Below are positions 20,394 through 29,035 of a stretch of 64,000 nucleotides of DNA, one piece after another. The translations under genes and the position numbers were made by a program. The DNA is taken from the NCBI GenBank assembly GCA_016872415.1, contig VGZX01000006.1, positions 3,298-67,297 on the forward strand, given 5' to 3'. Position 1 is the first letter of the stretch. Every line of letters begins with the position of its first letter. The notes beneath the pieces are model-generated. The model worked only from the letters and a program-made list of their open reading frames with translations. It ran no database searches and was not told the DNA's origin. This DNA is from SAR202 cluster bacterium. GTDB lineage: Bacteria > Chloroflexota > Dehalococcoidia > Lucifugimonadales > Australimonadaceae.

Positions 20394-22631
20394 ATGACCT
20401 CGCCAACCGTCATCCATTCCGTCGGACTGCCGGCGCCCCGCGCCGATGCCATCGGCAAGGTCACCGGCGGGGCCACCTACACCGCCGACCTGCGGCTGCC
20501 AGGCACGGTTTGGGGCAAGGTGCTCCGCAGTCCCTACCCGCACGCGCGCATCGCCGGCATCGACACGAGCGCCGCGCGACAGGTGCCGGGCGTCCACGCC
20601 GTGCTCACCGGCGACGACCTGCCGCCGAACACCCGCTTCGGGCGGCGCATCGTCGACGTGCCCGTGCTCGCGCAGGGCATCGTGCGCTTCATCGGCGAGC
20701 CGGTGGCGGCCGTTGCCGCCGATGACGAGGATATCGCCCAGCGCGCGCTCGACCTCATCGAGGTGGAGTACGAGGAGCTGCCCGCCATCTTCGACGCGCT
20801 GGAGGCCATTGAGCCCGGTGCCACGCTGCTGCACCCCGACGTGATGAATTACACCGGCCTGCCCGCCCCACTGGAGCGCCCCAGCAACGTCGTCACGCGC
20901 ACCGTGTGGGGCACGGGCGACGTGGACCAGGGCTTCCGGCAAGCGGAGTGGACGTTCGACTATACCTTCACCATTCCAACCGTGCACCAGGCCTACATCG
21001 AGCCGCACTCATGCCTCGTGCGCATCGACGAGGCCGGTCGCGTGCAGGTGTGGGCGTCGAACAAGGCGCCCTACAACCTGCGGCAGCAGGTGGCGGCGTG
21101 CATCGGCCTGCCGCTGGAGCGCATTCGCATCAACCCCGTCACCATCGGCGGCGACTTCGGCGGCAAGGGCTCCCCCATGTTCATCCCGCTGGCCTACTTC
21201 CTCGCCAAGGCCACCGCGCGGACCGTCCGCATCGTGCTCGCCTACGCGGAGGAGCTCACCTCGGCCAACCCGCGCCACCCATGCGTGGCGCAGGTGCGCG
21301 TGGGCGCCAACCGTGACGGCACCATTGTGGCCTACCAAGCACGGCTCGTGTTCAACAGCGGCGCCTACGCGGGCTTCAAGCCCGCGGGCTTCCTGCCGGG
21401 CGCCCAGCACGGCGGCGGCGCCTACCACGTTCCTCATTGCAAGGTGGAGGCGCTAGGCGTCTACACGAACCGCGTGCCCTGCGGCCACATGCGCGGCCCC
21501 GGCGAGCCGCAGTCGATCTTCGCCTTCGAATCCGCCGTCGATCGCGTCGCGCGCGACTTGGGGCTGCCGCCGCTGGAGGTGCGCCGCAAGAACCTGCTGC
21601 GCGACGGCGAGACGAACTCCCTGGGCCACCGCTACCAGGACATCCGCGCGGAGGACACGTTGAACGCCGCGCTGGAGGCGGCGGGCTGGGACGCCCCCAA
21701 GGGCAAGAACGTGGGCCGCGGCGTCGCCATTTGCGAGCGTGCGCCCGGCGGCGGCGAAACACACGCCAACGTGACGCTGCACGCCGACGGCTCCGTGGTG
21801 CTGCACACCTCGATCTTCGAGCAGGGCTCCGGATCGTACACGACGCTGCAGCAGGTGGCCGCCGAGGAGCTGGGCTTGCCGCACGATGCGGTGCGCGTGG
21901 AGGTGTGGGACACTGATGCGGTGCCGTTCGACACCGGCGTTGGCGGCAGCCGCGTGACGCGCGTGGCGACGCAGGCCGGCGCCGGCGCGGCCCAGCAAGC
22001 CCGAGACCTGTTGCTGCAACGCGCCGCGCAGACCCTGGGCTGGCCGCGCGAGCAGCTGACGCTGGCGGGCACGCGCATTCGCCGGAACGACACGGGCGAG
22101 ACGCACTCCTGGGCCGACGTCATCGCGAAAACGGGCTCGCCGGTCGTCGGCGGCGCCAGCATCAAGGACATGGGCCCCGCGCCGGTGACGGGCTTCACCG
22201 CCCAGGTGGCCGAGGTGGAAGTGGACCCCGAGACCGGCGCAGTGAAACTGCGGCGCATCGCCAGCGCGCACGACGTCGGACGCGTGGTGAACCCCATGGG
22301 CATCCGCGGGCAGATCTACGGCGGCATCGCGCAGGGCGTGGGCTACGGGATGATGGAGGAGCTGCGGATGGACGATGGCCGCGTGACCACCGCCTCGTTC
22401 GCCGACTACAAGATACCCACGATGGCCGACATGCCCGAAGTGCGGATCGTGCTGCTGGAATCGGAGAGCGGCGTGGGGCCATACCACGTGAAGGGCATCG
22501 GCGAGAACCCGAATGCGCCGACCGCCGCGGCCATCGCCAATGCGGTGGAGGACGCGGTGGGCGTGCGTATCGACGACCTGCCCATCACCGCGGAGAAGGT
22601 TTACCGGGCGCTGCGGGCGAAACGCCAGTAG
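20394..22631 (+). CDS. xanthine dehydrogenase family molybdopterin-binding (large) subunit
   Basis: GGDFGGKG block, GHMRGPGEPQ block and a C-terminal GIGENPNAPTAAAIANAV block (catalytic Glu). GGGAGGAG SD lies before ATG 20394. The sequence in this region is not the CODH AYxCSFR/AYRGAGR type. Confidence 0.9.
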   Translation: MTSPTVIHSVGLPAPRADAIGKVTGGATYTADLRLPGTVWGKVLRSPYPHARIAGIDTSAARQVPGVHAVLTGDDLPPNTRFGRRIVDVPVLAQGIVRFIGEPVAAVAADDEDIAQRALDLIEVEYEELPAIFDALEAIEPGATLLHPDVMNYTGLPAPLERPSNVVTRTVWGTGDVDQGFRQAEWTFDYTFTIPTVHQAYIEPHSCLVRIDEAGRVQVWASNKAPYNLRQQVAACIGLPLERIRINPVTIGGDFGGKGSPMFIPLAYFLAKATARTVRIVLAYAEELTSANPRHPCVAQVRVGANRDGTIVAYQARLVFNSGAYAGFKPAGFLPGAQHGGGAYHVPHCKVEALGVYTNRVPCGHMRGPGEPQSIFAFESAVDRVARDLGLPPLEVRRKNLLRDGETNSLGHRYQDIRAEDTLNAALEAAGWDAPKGKNVGRGVAICERAPGGGETHANVTLHADGSVVLHTSIFEQGSGSYTTLQQVAAEELGLPHDAVRVEVWDTDAVPFDTGVGGSRVTRVATQAGAGAAQQARDLLLQRAAQTLGWPREQLTLAGTRIRRNDTGETHSWADVIAKTGSPVVGGASIKDMGPAPVTGFTAQVAEVEVDPETGAVKLRRIASAHDVGRVVNPMGIRGQIYGGIAQGVGYGMMEELRMDDGRVTTASFADYKIPTMADMPEVRIVLLESESGVGPYHVKGIGENPNAPTAAAIANAVEDAVGVRIDDLPITAEKVYRALRAKRQ

Positions 22632-22834
22632 CAACCCGCGCCGGCCCATGGCCGCTTGGCCCCTTGCCCAGCGGCGTGGAGCGCACCGGCGACAGGCGCG
22701 ATTTCGAACCAAGGGGCGGCGCGCTTCGCTCGTGTCGCATTCATTGCCGCCGCCTCACCCGTGGATGGCACGCCGCGCGCGGCACCTCCTCGTGCTAGCA
22801 CCGAGGTCTATCCGTTGCCGGAGGCCCATTCGTC

Positions 22835-24112
22835 TTGCACACCGCGACCGCGACCCCGCGACGGTCCCGCGTCTACTACGGCTGGTGGATCGTCGTGGGC
22901 ACGTTCGTCCTCCAGGCCGTGCAGTCGTCGCTGCTGTTCCTCTCGTTCGGCGCCTACCTGGTGGAACTGCAGCGCTACTTCGGCTGGACCAAGAGCCAGA
23001 TCTCCGGCGCGTTCTCGCTCGCGCGGCTGGAGAGCGGCTTCCTCGGGCCCATCCAGGGCTGGATGATCGACAATTGGGGCGCGCGCGCCGTGCTGCGCCT
23101 CGGCACGCTGCTGTTCGGCGGCTCGTTCATGCTGCTGGCGCTGGTCGACAGCCTTTTCTGGTTCTATGCCGTATTCCTCATGGTCGCCATCGGCAGCAGC
23201 CTGGCGGGGTTCCTCACGTTCAACGCCACCATCGCCAGCTGGTTCATCCGCAAGCGGGCGCGCGCCATGGCTATCGCGCAAACGGGCATGGGCCTGGGCG
23301 GCGTGCTGGCGCTGGCCGTCGCGTGGTCGTTGGTCACTTTCGGCTGGCGGTGGACGGCATTCGCGTCGGGCGCGCTGGTCATCGCCATCGGCCTGCCCGC
23401 GTCGCAGCTGTTTCGGGGCACCCCGGAGCAGTACGGCATGCTGCCCGACGGCCGGCGGCCGGAGCCGAGGCCGGCCTCGGGCGCCGGTGCGCGGGCCGCG
23501 AGCGATGGCGAGGTGCACTTCACCGTGCGCCAGGCCATGCGCCAGCGCGCGTTCTGGCTCATCTCGCTGGGCCACGGCACCGCGCTGCTCGTGGTGTCGG
23601 GCGTGCAGGTGCACCTTATCGCGTTCCTCGAGGAGACGGCCGGTTGGAGCCTGCCCGCCGCCACCACGATGGTCACGCTAATCACGATGACGAGCATCGT
23701 GGGGCAGCTCAGCGGCGGCTTCCTGGGCGACCGCTTCGACAAGCGGCTCATCGCGGGCACCTGCATGCTGGGACACGGCGCGGCCATGCTGCTGCTCACC
23801 TGGTCGGCCTCGTGGCCGGTGGTCACGTTCGCGTCGGTGCTGCACGGGCTCTCGTGGGGTGCGCGCGGCCCGCTGATGACGGCGATACGCGCCGACTACT
23901 TCGGCCGGCGCAACTTCGCGTCGATCATGGGCTTTTCGTCGATGATCGTGATGCTTGGCACGGTGCTGGGCCCGCTGTTCCTGGCCTGGATGTACGATGC
24001 GCTGGGCAACTACCGTGTGGCGTTCTTCACCATCGGTGTCATCACCGGCGCCGGATGCCTCTTCTTCTTCCTCACCCCAAAGCGGCCGGTGCCCGCGCCC
24101 ACGCCCCAGTAG
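22835..24112 (+). CDS. MFS transporter
   Basis: 12-TM-type hydrophobic protein. TTG start 22835 with GGAGG 10 nt upstream. The stop is TAG at 24110-24112, inside direct repeat copy 1. Confidence 0.8.
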   Translation: MHTATATPRRSRVYYGWWIVVGTFVLQAVQSSLLFLSFGAYLVELQRYFGWTKSQISGAFSLARLESGFLGPIQGWMIDNWGARAVLRLGTLLFGGSFMLLALVDSLFWFYAVFLMVAIGSSLAGFLTFNATIASWFIRKRARAMAIAQTGMGLGGVLALAVAWSLVTFGWRWTAFASGALVIAIGLPASQLFRGTPEQYGMLPDGRRPEPRPASGAGARAASDGEVHFTVRQAMRQRAFWLISLGHGTALLVVSGVQVHLIAFLEETAGWSLPAATTMVTLITMTSIVGQLSGGFLGDRFDKRLIAGTCMLGHGAAMLLLTWSASWPVVTFASVLHGLSWGARGPLMTAIRADYFGRRNFASIMGFSSMIVMLGTVLGPLFLAWMYDALGNYRVAFFTIGVITGAGCLFFFLTPKRPVPAPTPQ

Positions 24113-24123
24113 CGCCGGCTCGC
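24097..24123. repeat. 27-bp direct repeat, copy 1 (covers the MFS stop codon)
   Basis: gcccacgccccagtagcgccggctcgc; 26/27 identical to 25531-25557. Confidence 0.9.
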
Positions 24124-24162
24124 CCAAGTCACGTGGCGAGGAGGGTTAAGCCCCGCCGCGCG

Positions 24163-24486
24163 TCACCGGTCAAATGACTGCGGCGTCACCAAATCGTGTG
24201 TCGTTTGCTCTAACTGCAACAGGGCCAATTGCAACGCTTCGAGGCCCTGGATCGCCTGAGTCGCCGCATGCACGTCAGTGCTGCCAATTGCCTCATCGAC
24301 GGCGTCGAGCTTCTGTTTCGCCTGATGCAGAACGATTGCGACTTGATCAGTGTGCGCCCCCAGGGGCGTTTGCCGGTGCATGCGGAACTCGTGAAAGAGG
24401 CTTTGGACACCGGCCTGCTTCCCATCGAGCGCCGCCTTCAAGTCGATCAATTGTTTCCGGACATCGGCTGCCTCGGCTATGGTCAT
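24163..24486 (-). CDS. hypothetical small all-helical protein (partner of the HEPN-like gene)
   Basis: 107 aa from ATG 24486, 8 nt after the upstream stop. Heptad-like, Q/A/L/D-rich. An alternative TTG start at 24528 would overlap the upstream gene. Confidence 0.55.
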   Translation of the reverse strand: MTIAEAADVRKQLIDLKAALDGKQAGVQSLFHEFRMHRQTPLGAHTDQVAIVLHQAKQKLDAVDEAIGSTDVHAATQAIQGLEALQLALLQLEQTTHDLVTPQSFDR

Positions 24487-24494
24487 GTTTGGCC

Positions 24495-25454
24495 CTATGG
24501 CCGATACAAGGCGAAGCGCTTCGACCAAGGGGACACCAACACCGAGTTCCGCAAACTTGTGCTCGAACTCGTGGATAGTGCGGCGACGTGTATTGGCGGT
24601 AAGGCCTCATTTCGACGCACATCCCAGAAACGATCAACGTCCACTCTCCCGCTCACCGCGAACTGAACTGAAGCCAGTTCGTTCCGCTCGAGCACCAATT
24701 CCGCAGTCTCTGTTTGCCCAGGCGACAATGCGCCAACCCGATGTTGCTGCAGACGCGCGCCAATCACCGTAAGGTTCACGTCATTGAAATGCACCCTCGG
24801 CTGCCCCTCACCGGCAGGCGCTGTATTGGTTACACGGACGGTGACCTTTTTCCGCCTCGGAGATTGGCTCATCTCCTCCACCGCGAAGTCCATCGCCAGG
24901 AAGGATCGCAAGTCTCGCCACAGTGCAACCGTCAACAGGTTATCGCGTGGCTTCTCGCCATCGACCGATACTGGCGTGCCCAATCCTGAGGCATCTCTGT
25001 CAACATTCAAGCTCATCTGCTTCACCTCGATCGCCTCTCGGAGTTGGAGGGCCACCAGCAAGGCGAGCATGTCGTCGAGGGCCTGTGCGGCCCGCCGGGG
25101 CTCGAAGCCTCCCGGTGTGACATGCGCCCATTCGTGCCGCATCGTGGTTAGACGACCCAGCCGGCCATTCGTGACTTGGAGATCCGGAAACGCATCAACG
25201 AAACACGTGGCATGGTTACGTCGGGTAATGCCGGCGAAGTGTGGCGTGTCGAGATATTCTTTTAGCCGATAGCGACGCTCCCGGCTCATCCCGACTCGAA
25301 GATTACCCTGCTGCTCGACAGTGAGCGCCGGCCAGGCTCCAGACTCCCACCAGCTATCGCCGAGCTGGAGTTCTAGGCGCTCGCGCATCCCTCGGCGCAT
25401 CCCATGAACGAACAGCCGGTGTGCCCTGGTGAAGGTCTCGTAAACGTCAGCCAT
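24495..25454 (-). CDS. Swt1-like HEPN domain protein with a C-terminal Ig-like/CARDB-like beta-sandwich region
   Basis: LGDSWWESG…YLDTPHFAGITRRN…LTTMRHEWAH (Rx4H at 25122-25139), then KKVTVRVTNTAPAGEG…VNLTVIG…LSPGQTETAELVLE. GAGGA SD lies 6 nt before ATG 25454. Confidence 0.6.
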   Translation of the reverse strand: MADVYETFTRAHRLFVHGMRRGMRERLELQLGDSWWESGAWPALTVEQQGNLRVGMSRERRYRLKEYLDTPHFAGITRRNHATCFVDAFPDLQVTNGRLGRLTTMRHEWAHVTPGGFEPRRAAQALDDMLALLVALQLREAIEVKQMSLNVDRDASGLGTPVSVDGEKPRDNLLTVALWRDLRSFLAMDFAVEEMSQSPRRKKVTVRVTNTAPAGEGQPRVHFNDVNLTVIGARLQQHRVGALSPGQTETAELVLERNELASVQFAVSGRVDVDRFWDVRRNEALPPIHVAALSTSSSTSLRNSVLVSPWSKRFALYRP

Positions 25455-25530
25455 TGAGTGTCCTCGTCAAAACGCTACAGTGTCCGGATATAAAGCAGCC
25501 CGCCGGCGTACCACTACTGTCAAGCAGCGT

Positions 25531-25557
25531 GCCCATGCCCCAGTAGCGCCGGCTCGC
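25531..25557. repeat. 27-bp direct repeat, copy 2
   Basis: gcccatgccccagtagcgccggctcgc; one mismatch to copy 1; 1434 bp downstream of it. Confidence 0.9.
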
Positions 25558-25655
25558 GTCGGCGCTTTCCGTCATTCTCCCGCGCATCGTTGACGCTGCC
25601 GCGCCACAACGCCTATCCTCGGCTCCGCAATGATTTCCTCTAGGAGGATGGTCCG

Positions 25656-26504
25656 ATGGCGACGCTACAGGAAATCCAGAAGGTCACCGACGAGAACAGC
25701 GGCAAGCACGTGACGGTGGAAGGGCTGAAAATCCACTACAACGACATCGGCACGGGCGACCCCATCATCTGCATTCACGGCGGCGGCCCCGGCGCCAGCG
25801 GTTGGAGCAACTTCCGCACCAACCTGCAAGACCTGGCGCTGAACCACCGCGTCCTGCTGTTCGACATGCCCGGCTGGGGGCGCTCCGAGTTCAACGGCAG
25901 CACCGAGCCGTGGCACGACTTCATCTCGCGCATGATCGGCGGCTTCATGGACGCGCTCAACATCAAGTCGGCCTACTTCATCGGCAACTCGATGGGTGGG
26001 CAGGCGGTCATCAAGCTCGCCATCAACCACCCGGAGCGCGTGAAGCACCTGGTGATGATCGGCAGCCAGCCCACGCGCACGATCACGGTCCAGGCCGAGC
26101 CGCTGGACGGCCTCGACAACATCGTCAAGTTCTACCGCGGCGGGCCGAGCAAGGAGAAGATGCGCCGCTTGGTGGAAAGCCTTGTGCATGACTCCTCCTG
26201 GCTGACCGACGACGTGGTGGAGGAGCGCTTCAAGGTGGCGACGACGCCGGAGGCGCTGCGCCAAGCCGAGCTGCGGACCAAGCAGCCACGCCACGACCTC
26301 TACTTCGAGATCGAGAAGATCACCGTGCCCACGCTGCTCGTCTGGGGCATCAACGACAAGGGCGGCGCGCTGGAGGTGGGCCTGCTGATGCTGCGCCGCA
26401 TGAAGAACGCCCGCATGTATATCTTCCAGAACTGCGGCCACTGGGCGCAGGTGGAAAAGCGCGAGGAGTTCGACCGCGTGGTGTTGGACTTCTTCAAGCA
26501 CTAA
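25656..26504 (+). CDS. alpha/beta hydrolase (meta-cleavage-product hydrolase-like, BphD/MhpC type)
   Basis: HGGGPGASGWSNF block and GNSMGG nucleophile elbow. GGAGGA SD. Confidence 0.85.
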   Translation: MATLQEIQKVTDENSGKHVTVEGLKIHYNDIGTGDPIICIHGGGPGASGWSNFRTNLQDLALNHRVLLFDMPGWGRSEFNGSTEPWHDFISRMIGGFMDALNIKSAYFIGNSMGGQAVIKLAINHPERVKHLVMIGSQPTRTITVQAEPLDGLDNIVKFYRGGPSKEKMRRLVESLVHDSSWLTDDVVEERFKVATTPEALRQAELRTKQPRHDLYFEIEKITVPTLLVWGINDKGGALEVGLLMLRRMKNARMYIFQNCGHWAQVEKREEFDRVVLDFFKH

Positions 26505-26528
26505 CGCGACGACGCGCATCGACGCACG

Positions 26529-26564
26529 GCGGCCCCGGCTACGACCGGGGCCGCTCTCGTTTCA
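26529..26564 (+). terminator. terminator-like hairpin after the hydrolase gene
   Basis: GCGGCCCCGG / CCGGGGCCGC 10-bp stem with a 6-nt loop, then tctcgtttc. Confidence 0.6.
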
Positions 26565-26701
26565 TGGTCACGCAACGATGCCCAGCCCTGCGTTGCGCTC
26601 ATCGCGCCGATACTCGTAGACTAGTCCGTGCCGCCTTGGAGCAGGCGGCCAATGCTGGGAGGAGGGAGCGATGAACGAGGTTACGATGAAGGGCGGCAAG
26701 G

Positions 26702-27118
26702 GTGGCGGTAACTGGCCGAGCACCACCGGCAATCCGTCCGGAGGCGGCAGAGGGCAAACCCGCCGTCGCCGGGGAAGAAGTAGCCCCGCCCAGCCAAGGC
26801 CGCGCTGCCTCGAAGCCGGCACGGCTCCGGGGCAGCCGCCCGCACTCTAACGCCCACCGGGACCGGCTGGCGATCGTGGCCGTCGGCTCCGAGCAGTTCG
26901 CCGAGGCGCCGGGCACGCTGCGCGCCTTCGTGGAGGCGGGCGGCTATACCTGGCCCACCGCCTCCGTGCCGTCCGAGTTCATGCGCGCGTTCAACGTCAC
27001 CTCGCAGTCGACCGGCATCGGCATCGCCGCCGACGGCACCGTCACCTTCCGCAAGGGCTGCGGCGCCCACAGCGAGGCCACGTGGGTCAACACCCTGCGC
27101 GAGCTGGCGGGCGGGTAA
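26702..27118 (+). pseudogene. TlpA/ResA-like thioredoxin-fold remnant lacking the CxxC part
   Basis: Only the C-terminal ~85 aa (from ~26867: LAIVAVGSEQFAEAPGTLRAFVEAGGYTWP…GIGIAADGTVTF) look like a redoxin. No WCxxC block was found in any frame upstream. Confidence 0.35.
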
Positions 27119-27511
27119 GACCGAGCAGGCCTCGCCTCGCGCGACGGCCAACGCTTACAGCATCGTGGTGTCCCGGGGCGACAGGGGCATCATCTCGCCT
27201 GCCCGTTCCATCGCTCGAACACCGGCTTGACGGGCCCTGCATGGGTTGTCCAGGGCAGGCTGGAAGGCATCGAACGCCCTTCTACGGGGGAACCCGTGCC
27301 TGCTGGTATTGGCGAGGCCTCCCCAAGCGATGGACCTGCTGCCCAGCACTCGTATCGATCTCGTGGGGAACACGATATGACCCGCGGCACCGAGGCGTGA
27401 CGAGCGGCTCCTCTGGCTCTCTGCGTGCTCCACACCCGCGTCGTGCTTCGCCATCGGGTTGTGCCCTGCGATGCCATGATCGAGCGCCGGGTCACGACGG
27501 CCTTATATGAA

Positions 27512-27545
27512 GAAGGAGGCCGCCGGGTTTCCGGTGGCCTCCTTC
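27512..27545 (-). terminator. terminator-like hairpin downstream of the Rieske gene
   Basis: GAAGGAGGCC … GGCCTCCTTC 10-bp stem. On the minus strand it is followed by ttcatataagg. Confidence 0.5.
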
Positions 27546-27571
27546 GCATCATCGCGTCCCTCGCGGAGCCA

Positions 27572-28831
27572 CTATGGCTTCGGGCGTGGCTCGTCGCCGG
27601 AGCCGCCGGCCACCGTCGGTATCGGCTTCGCCTGCTGCGCCTGTGGCGGCGCCTTGCCCGTGTCGGCATAGCCCTCGCCCCGCGCATAAATGTTGCAGAA
27701 CTCGATCCACTTGCGCGGGAAAATGTCCGGCCGGTACAGCGGCGTCGGCTCGTGCCGCCCCACCCGCTTATGCCAGTCGGTGTTGTCGCGCACCATCAGC
27801 TTGTCCTGGTCGTTGAACAGCCCCTTCCGGATCGGCGCCGCCCAGGTGTAATACCACAGGTTCGTCCACAGCCAGCTCATCGGGTTCTTCGGCCAGTGCA
27901 GCGACACTTGGAAGTAGTCGTAATGGTCCTCGTCCACCGGCACGTACCACTCATAGTAAAGCGCGCCGTTCTGCGGGAAGTGCCGCACGCGCAGGTACCC
28001 GGGCAGCTTCATCGTGATGTATTTCACGCCGTTCACCGGGATCGACGTGCCTCCCTGCCCGCGCCGGCTCGGCGGCCGGCTGAAGCGCCACGGGCGCTGC
28101 GGGGGCCACTCGCCCAGCCCGGGGTAGTGTGCCGTCCACCGGAAATCGCCGGTCACTTCCACCAGCGCCCGCCCGCCGTCGACGGGGTCGTCCTCCTCCA
28201 TGGCGTCGTGCGTCGCGTTGTAGGCGCCCATCTTCTGCAGACGCAGCGCCGCGGCATCGCGGTGCAGCATCAGGAAATGGCCGCCCGCCGAGCCCTCGGC
28301 GTGGTAGCGCCAGTTGCCGTAGACCAGGTTGTGACGCGACTTCACCATCGTGTCCTCACGCAGCAGCAGGTGCGGCACGTCGTCCTCCAGCGGCGCCGGC
28401 GCGCCCTTGCCCATCCAGATCCACACGATGCCCTTGCGCTCCTCCACCGGGTACATGCGGAGGCGTATCTTGCCGACCACCGGCGAGTCCGGGCCGTCGG
28501 TGAGGGCGGCGACGCACACGCCGCCGTTCGCCATGTCGAAGGTCCAGCCATGGAAGCGGCAAGCGACGGTGTCCTTGCCGGGAAACTCGTCCTTGCCGAG
28601 CGACATGCGCGCCCCGCGGTGCGGGCACTCGTCGATCATCGCGTACACCTTCGCGCCGCGGCGTGTGAAGGCGATCGGCTCGCCCAGCAGCACCTTGCGG
28701 ACGGGCCGGTGCGTGACCTCCTTGGACTTGAGGGCCGGGTACCAGTAATTGCGGAAGCCGAGCGCCGCCTTGTGATATGGCGTGTCGCCCTCGGTCAATG
28801 GGTGCGCCGTGGCGGGATGCTGGGTCGTCAT
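27572..28831 (-). CDS. Rieske (2Fe-2S) oxygenase alpha-subunit-like protein
   Basis: CPHRGARMS…CRFHGWTF Rieske motif. An atypical candidate mononuclear-iron region (NWRYHAEGSAGGHFLMLH). GAGGAGG SD. Pro/Lys-rich C-terminal tail. Confidence 0.85.
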   Translation of the reverse strand: MTTQHPATAHPLTEGDTPYHKAALGFRNYWYPALKSKEVTHRPVRKVLLGEPIAFTRRGAKVYAMIDECPHRGARMSLGKDEFPGKDTVACRFHGWTFDMANGGVCVAALTDGPDSPVVGKIRLRMYPVEERKGIVWIWMGKGAPAPLEDDVPHLLLREDTMVKSRHNLVYGNWRYHAEGSAGGHFLMLHRDAAALRLQKMGAYNATHDAMEEDDPVDGGRALVEVTGDFRWTAHYPGLGEWPPQRPWRFSRPPSRRGQGGTSIPVNGVKYITMKLPGYLRVRHFPQNGALYYEWYVPVDEDHYDYFQVSLHWPKNPMSWLWTNLWYYTWAAPIRKGLFNDQDKLMVRDNTDWHKRVGRHEPTPLYRPDIFPRKWIEFCNIYARGEGYADTGKAPPQAQQAKPIPTVAGGSGDEPRPKP

Positions 28832-29035
28832 GCACGAGCCTCCTCAACTCTCGGAATCGCATCCGGTCGCGCATCGGCGTGTGGATCGGTGCGGCACCGT
28901 CGGTTCTACACCCGCTATTCGTTACGGTGGCGAACAGCGTCGTAGGCCGCGAGGATATTCCGCGCACCGCCGCATGGTCAAGCACGAGGGGACTATAATC
29001 GGCGGGCCATATCCGGCTTGGGAAGGCGGTGTGTC

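Larger units (their letters stand above)
24124..25530. mobile_element. inserted lower-GC two-gene cassette (no integrase or transposase)
   Basis: Bracketed by the 27-bp direct repeat. I counted ~57% GC in the 100-nt sample 24901-25000; the flanks are visibly higher. The gene content is unrelated to the neighbours. Confidence 0.5.

Noticed and set aside
20394-22631. Calling the locus a carbon monoxide dehydrogenase (coxSML).
   Set aside because: The large subunit has GHMRGPGEPQ rather than the CODH active-site loops (AYxCSFR or AYRGAGR), so only membership of the xanthine dehydrogenase family is supported.
26671-26850. 59-codon ORF (MNEVTMKGGKGGGNWPSTTGNPSGGGRGQ…) behind a strong GGGAGGAGGGAG SD-like run.
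   Set aside because: The product is Gly/Arg/Pro low-complexity with no signal peptide or domain. It is probably part of the eroded TlpA-like locus rather than a functional gene.
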